DNA from: Kehishuvirus sp. 'tikkala'
Sequence record: OQ198717.1
Direction: 5' to 3' (one strand)
DNA: 40,000 nucleotides
In this document: piece by piece, positions 35,301 through 40,000 of the stretch
How the letters are laid out: each line of letters opens with the position of its first letter
Numbering within the stretch: the stretch's first letter is position 1
Notes under the pieces: model-generated
Database searches by the model: none
Seen by the model: only the letters and a program-made list of their open reading frames with translations
Told to the model about the DNA's origin: nothing
Translations under genes and position numbers: made by a program

Positions 35301-35395
35301 GGGTACATAACATCAGCAGACTGTAAATCTGCCCTCCTTTATCAAATTGATGTAATGGACTTTGGAGTAGGGGAGTTCGAGTCTCTCTGTGCCCA
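35301..35395 (+). tRNA. aberrant tRNA-Tyr(GTA)-like gene
   Basis: GGGTACA/TGTGCCC; GCAGA CTGTAAA TCTGC only 8 nt after acceptor; 38-nt region before T-arm GGGAG TTCGAGT CTCTC. Confidence 0.6.
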
Positions 35396-35404
35396 CTTAT
35401 TAAT

Positions 35405-35477
35405 GGAAACTTAGCAAAGGTGGTCTATGCGGGGGATTGAAAATCCTTAGATAATGGTTCAACTCCATTAGTTTCCA
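35405..35477 (+). tRNA. tRNA-Phe(GAA)
   Basis: GGAAACT/AGTTTCC; GGGGA TTGAAAA TCCTT; AATGG TTCAACT CCATT. Confidence 0.8.
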
Positions 35478-35491
35478 CAAAACAATGAATT

Positions 35492-35659
35492 ATGGATAAG
35501 GTTTTATATAATTGGTTAGAAAAACAATTCTATCATGATAATCACAAGAGGTATCACAAGTACTTTAAGGAGTGGATAGATAATGTAACTGATTCTCAAA
35601 TTCAATATTTTGAGAAGCAAAGAATAAATGTTCTAACTGGTGCTATGATTCAACACTAA
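35492..35659 (+). CDS. 55-aa protein, unlisted
   Basis: Own translation: MDKVLYNWLEKQFYHDNHKRYHKYFKEWIDNVTDSQIQYFEKQRINVLTGAMIQH*. Confidence 0.5.
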   Translation: MDKVLYNWLEKQFYHDNHKRYHKYFKEWIDNVTDSQIQYFEKQRINVLTGAMIQH

Positions 35660-35660
35660 T

Positions 35661-35735
35661 GCCCTCATGGTGAAATGGTTAAGACACGTCTGATTTAGGC
35701 TCAGAAGGCTGTAGGTTCGACTCCTACTGAGGGTA
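35661..35735 (+). tRNA. tRNA-Leu(TAG), short variable loop
   Basis: GCCCTCA/TGAGGGT; TCTGA TTTAGGC TCAGA; GTAGG TTCGACT CCTAC. Confidence 0.8.
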
Positions 35736-35867
35736 CAAAAAAAAAATATGCAGATTTACTTGCATATATAAATTATAATACATATCTTTGTAACATCAAA
35801 TTAAAACAATATGATAGATACATTTGGAGACAATCTATTGGAGGGTTTTCAAAGAGAAGAAACAGTA

Positions 35868-36287
35868 ATGGAAGAAGATAAGGATGCTGGTTTATTCAGA
35901 TTCTTCCATGAATATGTGAATGTTCTTGAGGGTATTAAAACTCAGACTAAGAATGTGCATTGGGCTTCTCTCAAACTTCCAAACAGAGATAAAAGAGGAG
36001 CACATCTATACTTGGATGATTTCCTTGAAGAAGTAGGTGATTTTCAAGACTTGGTAGCTGAATCAGCTATGGGTATTACTGGAGTTTCTTTTGACTTTAA
36101 TACAGTTCATGGTACTCCTTTCAATGCTACTTCAACAAAGGAATTTATGAAGTATGTACAGGATAAGACCAAAGAGTTTTATGATGGAATACCAGATACC
36201 ACTATATGTGCTGGTATTAAGTCTGAGACAGAGACATTCATACTAAAGATTAATCAGTATGTATTTAGGTTCATGCTGACTGAATGA
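35868..36287 (+). CDS. conserved-looking helical protein (possibly ferritin-like fold)
   Basis: MEEDKDAGLFRFFHEYVNVLEGIKTQTKNVHWASLKL...; alternative start at 35811. Confidence 0.65.
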   Translation: MEEDKDAGLFRFFHEYVNVLEGIKTQTKNVHWASLKLPNRDKRGAHLYLDDFLEEVGDFQDLVAESAMGITGVSFDFNTVHGTPFNATSTKEFMKYVQDKTKEFYDGIPDTTICAGIKSETETFILKINQYVFRFMLTE

Positions 36288-36288
36288 T

Positions 36289-36364
36289 GGCTCAGTGGTG
36301 CAACTTGGTAGACACAACAGGTTTAAGCCCTGTAAAAGTGAGGGTTCGACCCCCTCTTGAGCTA
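36289..36364 (+). tRNA. tRNA-Leu(TAA), short variable loop
   Basis: GGCTCAG/TTGAGCT; ACAGG TTTAAGC CCTGT; GAGGG TTCGACC CCCTC. Confidence 0.8.
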
Positions 36365-36371
36365 CCATAAT

Positions 36372-36442
36372 GGGTTTGTAGTTTAATGGTAAAACACTGC
36401 TCTTGTAAAGCAGATTTCTCAGTTCAATTCTGGGCATTCCCT
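36372..36442 (+). tRNA. tRNA-Thr(TGT)
   Basis: CTGCT CTTGTAA AGCAG; CTCAG TTCAATT CTGGG; acceptor GGGTTTG/CATTCCC has two T:T mismatches. Confidence 0.8.
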
Positions 36443-36448
36443 CAACTT

Positions 36449-36521
36449 GTAGGTATGGTGTTAGTGGTTAGCACATGACATTGCCAATGTCAAGGGGACA
36501 GTTCAAATCTGTTTATCTACT
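36449..36521 (+). tRNA. tRNA-Gly(GCC)
   Basis: GTAGGTA/TATCTAC; TGACA TTGCCAA TGTCA; GACAG TTCAAAT CTGTT. Confidence 0.85.
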
Positions 36522-36523
36522 CT

Positions 36524-36940
36524 ATGGAAAGTAAAGTTTGTAGTAAATGTGGAATAGAAAAGCCATTAAGTGAATTTGCTTTAAATAAGACCAGAAAAGA
36601 TGGTCATGCTTCTGATTGTAAGTCTTGTAGAAAGAGGTATAGAGATGAACATTATAGACTCCATAAAGAGTATTATAAAGAAAAGGCAGCAGCCTATAAA
36701 AGAAAGAAGACTAAAGAATTAGAAGAGTTTAAAAGCACCCTAAAGTGTGTAATATGTGGTGAAAATAGACCTTGGTGTTTGGATTTTCATCATATAAATC
36801 CTGAGGAGAAAGAAGGGGAAATAGCAAAACTTATTGAATCTCCAAGGAGATTACAAGAAGAATTAAAGAAGTGTATAGTCCTATGTGCTAACTGCCATAG
36901 AGATTTACACTATAAAGAAAGAAATGCAGGTGTCGTATAA
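36524..36940 (+). CDS. HNH endonuclease with zinc-binding Cys pairs
   Basis: CSKCGIEKPLSEF...CKSCRKRYRDEHY...CVICGENRPWCLDFHHINPEEKEG...CIVLCANCHRDLHY. Confidence 0.85.
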   Translation: MESKVCSKCGIEKPLSEFALNKTRKDGHASDCKSCRKRYRDEHYRLHKEYYKEKAAAYKRKKTKELEEFKSTLKCVICGENRPWCLDFHHINPEEKEGEIAKLIESPRRLQEELKKCIVLCANCHRDLHYKERNAGVV

Positions 36941-36997
36941 AGGTTAGTATAGGAGATTTCCAATCTTCTGGTTAGAGTTCGATTCTCTTCACCTGCT
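36926..36997 (+). tRNA. tRNA-Gly(TCC), 5' end overlapping the HNH ORF
   Basis: GCAGGTG/CACCTGC; GGAGA TTTCCAA TCTTC; AGAG TTCGATT CTCT. Confidence 0.8.
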
Positions 36998-37005
36998 CTA
37001 TAAAT

Positions 37006-37092
37006 CGCGAGGTAGTGTAATGGCAACATGTGTGGCTCATAACCACAAGAAGCAGTAATACTGTGTTGGAAGTTCGAGTCTTCCCTTCGCAA
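37006..37092 (+). tRNA. tRNA with CAT anticodon, C1:A72 and long variable arm
   Basis: CGCGAGG/CTTCGCA; TGTGG CTCATAA CCACA; variable region contains CAGTAATACTG; GGAAG TTCGAGT CTTCC. Confidence 0.75.
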
Positions 37093-37111
37093 CTAAGTTA
37101 AAGTGAATAAT

Positions 37112-37261
37112 ATGGAAAAGGAGAAGACATTAATCACTTGTATTATAGGCTCTACAGTTAGAGAAGTAATCAAGCAAGCTCAAGAGCTTGAAATTAAAAG
37201 AGAAGATATAGTAAACATGTTTCCTTTAGGAGGACAGATTTACTTAGTATTTTATAAGTAA
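37112..37261 (+). CDS. 49-aa protein, unlisted
   Basis: Own translation: MEKEKTLITCIIGSTVREVIKQAQELEIKREDIVNMFPLGGQIYLVFYK*. Confidence 0.5.
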   Translation: MEKEKTLITCIIGSTVREVIKQAQELEIKREDIVNMFPLGGQIYLVFYK

Positions 37262-37275
37262 AAATAACTGGCATT

Positions 37276-37524
37276 ATGGAAGAGAAAAAGACAAAAGAAC
37301 CTCAGTACAATGAGCCTAAGATGATGTTACATCTTGCTATTTATAGTGCTGTTGGTAAATACAAGAGTGTTAGAAGAGCTATCAGTAAAGGTCATGTAAC
37401 ATCTTGGGGAGAGGAAGTTCCAAAGAGACCTTTCAATAATAGAAAGAGGACCTGTGGTAGGGAGTTACAGATTACTAAAGAGAAGATTTATGGAGAACTT
37501 AAGTACAGAAGTCAAGCAGTTTGA
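37276..37524 (+). CDS. hypothetical protein
   Basis: 82-aa ORF. Confidence 0.6.
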   Translation: MEEKKTKEPQYNEPKMMLHLAIYSAVGKYKSVRRAISKGHVTSWGEEVPKRPFNNRKRTCGRELQITKEKIYGELKYRSQAV

Positions 37525-37723
37525 GCTTGAGACTCCCAAAGAAGAATATAATAATATACCTGTTGTATATTGTAAGCATTGTCTTTCATTAGCAATAAGA
37601 AACTCAGATGGCATAGATTACTGTGACAAATGTGGTGGAACTGAAACTGGTGAGGCACACATACATGAATGGGAGAAAATGTATGGACAAAAGTATGGTG
37701 GAAATTATCTAACAGAAAAATAA
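37490..37723 (+). CDS. zinc-ribbon-like small protein
   Basis: MENLSTEVKQ...VVYCKHCLSLAIRNSDGIDYCDKCGGTETGEAHIHEW; start chosen from the tracked ORF. Confidence 0.65.
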   Translation: MENLSTEVKQFELETPKEEYNNIPVVYCKHCLSLAIRNSDGIDYCDKCGGTETGEAHIHEWEKMYGQKYGGNYLTEK

Positions 37724-37725
37724 AG

Positions 37726-38055
37726 ATGGAAGGGAAGAATAAAATGAAAGTTGTAAAGGGGGGCAAAGATACTCCAGAAGTGAGAAAGCTAAGTTATGAA
37801 GAACTGGAGAATACTGCACATCAGTTGTCTGAACAAAGCAGACAGTTATATATGCAGAATCAGAAGTTGAATCAGGCTTTACAGGAGTCTAATCTTGCTA
37901 ACTTCTATGAAAGATTGAAGTGGTTGTGGACAGTAATTACCTCTACTACACCTTATATCTCAGAAGAGTTCAAGCAGAAGTGTGGTGCAGAGTTTGAAGT
38001 ACTAATGACTCAACCTGAACAAGAACCTGAGGAAGAAGTAAAGGAAGGAGAATAA
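37726..38055 (+). CDS. hypothetical protein
   Basis: MEGKNKMKVVKGGKDTPEVRKLSYEELENTAHQL...; start chosen from the tracked ORF. Confidence 0.65.
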   Translation: MEGKNKMKVVKGGKDTPEVRKLSYEELENTAHQLSEQSRQLYMQNQKLNQALQESNLANFYERLKWLWTVITSTTPYISEEFKQKCGAEFEVLMTQPEQEPEEEVKEGE

Positions 38056-38058
38056 ACT

Positions 38059-38442
38059 ATGGCTAAGCAAGTGGATTCAATAGTTAGGATTCCTTGCAAG
38101 GTAGATGGTAAGTTCTTTAGATATTGGTTTGAATTCTTACAACCTTTTCATAACTTGACTGAGAGAGAAATGGATGTCATTACTTCATTTGTGAAGCAAA
38201 GATATGAACTCAGCAAGGTCATTAAAGATAATGAGATACTTGATAAGGTTACTATGAGTGAAGATACTAAGAAGAAGGTAAGGGAAGAGTGTGATATATC
38301 TCTTCCTCACTTTCAGGTCATCATGAGTAAGTTAAGAAAGAATAAAGTCATCATTGATGGGAAGATAAACCCAAGATACATTCCATCAGTAGATGAGGAG
38401 AATGGTTCATTCAAGATGATGTTATTATTTGATTTCTCATGA
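38059..38442 (+). CDS. hypothetical phage protein
   Basis: 127-aa ORF in tight plus-strand cluster. Confidence 0.7.
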   Translation: MAKQVDSIVRIPCKVDGKFFRYWFEFLQPFHNLTEREMDVITSFVKQRYELSKVIKDNEILDKVTMSEDTKKKVREECDISLPHFQVIMSKLRKNKVIIDGKINPRYIPSVDEENGSFKMMLLFDFS

Positions 38443-38723
38443 TATACTCAGAAGCAATAAAACAGGTATCCATAGAACTTGGATTACCACCACAAGTGGT
38501 GAAGGAAGCCTATGAGTCCTATTGGACTTTTATTAGGAATAACATCAAAGCCTTGCCTCTAAAGGAAGACCTAAGCAAAGAGGAGTTTGATAAGTTGAGA
38601 ACCAATTTCAATATCCCATCAATAGGTAAGTTAAGCTGTACTTATGATAGGATGATAGGAGTTAAGAAAAGATTTGAACATATAAGAAGATTAAGAGATG
38701 ATTACAACAATCAAGAAAGTTAA
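38439..38723 (+). CDS. hypothetical phage protein
   Basis: 94-aa ORF with 4-nt overlap. Confidence 0.7.
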   Translation: MIYSEAIKQVSIELGLPPQVVKEAYESYWTFIRNNIKALPLKEDLSKEEFDKLRTNFNIPSIGKLSCTYDRMIGVKKRFEHIRRLRDDYNNQES

Positions 38724-38727
38724 ACCC

Positions 38728-39108
38728 ATGTTTAATAACATGGTAGTCACTTTAAATAAATATCCCACTGACCTAAAGACTACTGGTGGTATTATAGATA
38801 GTACCAGAGCTGGTTCAGTAAAAGAATATCAGACAGTAGTAGCTGTTGGACCAATGGTGAGGGGTATTGAAGTAGGAGATATAGTATATATCAATCCAAA
38901 AAGATATGCAGTAATGCAACATAAGCCCGGCTCATTGCAAGATGGTGTTATTAAGGATAATCCTGTAGTAGGATATAAGTTTGACATCATGGAGATTGAT
39001 GGAGTTGAGCACATGATGATTCAAGATGGAGATGTAAAATTTGTAGCAGAGATTGAGGAGTTTGAAGAAAATCCTACTATTGTTACAGGACCACAACTTA
39101 TAGTATAA
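38728..39108 (+). CDS. GroES-like co-chaperonin-fold protein
   Basis: MVVTLNKYP...GGIIDSTRAGSVKEYQTVVAVGPMVRGIEVGDIVYINPKRYAVMQHK: Cpn10-like spacing. Confidence 0.65.
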   Translation: MFNNMVVTLNKYPTDLKTTGGIIDSTRAGSVKEYQTVVAVGPMVRGIEVGDIVYINPKRYAVMQHKPGSLQDGVIKDNPVVGYKFDIMEIDGVEHMMIQDGDVKFVAEIEEFEENPTIVTGPQLIV

Positions 39109-39114
39109 ATATAA

Positions 39115-39145
39115 GCCTGAGCCTATCAAAGGCTTGGGCTTTTTT
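39115..39145 (+). terminator. rho-independent terminator
   Basis: GCCTGAGCC-TATCAAA-GGCTTGGGC-TTTTTT. Confidence 0.85.
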
Positions 39146-39158
39146 AGTTTTAAGCAGT

Positions 39159-39686
39159 ATGAGATTATTTAAAAGAGATGGTTATAATCTGGTTATATCT
39201 GATGAAGCCTATGCTTTAAAAGCATTCAGGCAGATATGGAATAGAGATAAATCTCTCTCAAAAGAGAGAGCTATTACAGAGCTTGGATATTGTTACTTTA
39301 TGGAGGACTCCAGAAGTGATTACAAGTATATAATAGATGAACAGGAGAGGAAAGAAGCTATTAAGCAGGGTGAAGGTATGAAGGATAACTGGGAACCTGA
39401 TACTACTGTGAAAGAAGCTCAAGCATTATATGCAAGTTTTAAGACTACTTCTGAGTTACTACTGGATGATACAAGGATGCTTGTTGATAAGTATAGAATG
39501 AAGTTAAGGAGTATGGACTTAACTGAGCTTGATATAAAAGAGACTAAGGAATTAGGTGCTATTATTAAACTTATACCATCAATGGTTAAGGACTTGGATG
39601 AAGCTGAAAGAGCTATTGCTAAGGAATTATCACAGAATGATAAGGTAAGAGGAGCACAAGAAAAAGCAATATATGAGGACTTATAA
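39159..39686 (+). CDS. hypothetical phage protein
   Basis: 175-aa ORF directly after terminator. Confidence 0.7.
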   Translation: MRLFKRDGYNLVISDEAYALKAFRQIWNRDKSLSKERAITELGYCYFMEDSRSDYKYIIDEQERKEAIKQGEGMKDNWEPDTTVKEAQALYASFKTTSELLLDDTRMLVDKYRMKLRSMDLTELDIKETKELGAIIKLIPSMVKDLDEAERAIAKELSQNDKVRGAQEKAIYEDL

Positions 39687-39688
39687 TT

Positions 39689-40000
39689 ATGGAAATAAAT
39701 GATATAATAGAAGGACTTAATGTGTATTATGAAGGCTTCCCTAACAGAAGAAAGGGATACTTTGTATTACATAAAATAGTAGATACTAACCCTGTAGTTA
39801 AGTCACAGAAGACTTATAGAATGCAAGTGTGGTTTGTAAGTAAGGGTGAAAAGATACCTGCATTTGGTACTCAATATTCTAATAGAATTGTTACTGATGC
39901 AGAAGAGACTAAAGTCTTATCTCTCCTAACCACTTCTATTACCAAATCTCTTCTGGAGTATATTAATAAGCAAGATTTTAAGGAGTTATGCAATATTTAG
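39689..40000 (+). CDS. hypothetical phage protein
   Basis: 103-aa ORF ending at the last base of the window. Confidence 0.65.
   Translation: MEINDIIEGLNVYYEGFPNRRKGYFVLHKIVDTNPVVKSQKTYRMQVWFVSKGEKIPAFGTQYSNRIVTDAEETKVLSLLTTSITKSLLEYINKQDFKELCNI

Noticed and set aside
1-40000. Stop-codon reassignment (as in some large gut phages)
   Set aside because: Key genes read through with the standard code and all three stop codons are used as terminators; no tRNA with CTA, TTA or TCA suppressor anticodon was seen.

Overview
The window looks like accessory and replication DNA of a large tailed phage, probably infecting a Bacteroidota host. That host call is inference, based on TTTG-N20-TAnnTTTG promoters, poly-A leaders and general gene content. 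Genes left of about 31.4 kb are on the minus strand; genes right of it are on the plus strand. The minus arm carries a family A DNA polymerase, retropepsin-like protease, dUTPase, class II ribonucleotide reductase, PD-(D/E)XK nucleases, uracil-DNA glycosylase, primase, DnaB-like ATPase, SF2 helicase, HNH endonuclease, glucosaminidase-like protein, RlmN-like radical SAM protein and SPFH protein. The plus arm carries about 25 tRNA genes with small genes between them (FTR-like Cys-rich protein, HExxH proteins, HNH, GroES-like). The strongest unusual signals are: (1) a contiguous ubiquitin-like cassette at 9865-15073 (Ubl, candidate E2-like protein, JAMM/JAB protease, ThiF/E1-like enzyme, associated protein); (2) an RlmN-like enzyme split into two ORFs, with the catalytic ACGQLA segment in an unannotated 43-codon ORF just downstream and an A_AAT_TTA candidate -1 slippery site before the stop; (3) a candidate phage tmRNA with a degenerate tRNA-like domain; (4) a tRNA set covering apparently all 20 amino acids, with several structurally aberrant members; (5) a ~738/740-bp near-identical tandem duplication near the divergence point. 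All calls come from reading sequence and motifs; no database search was run.
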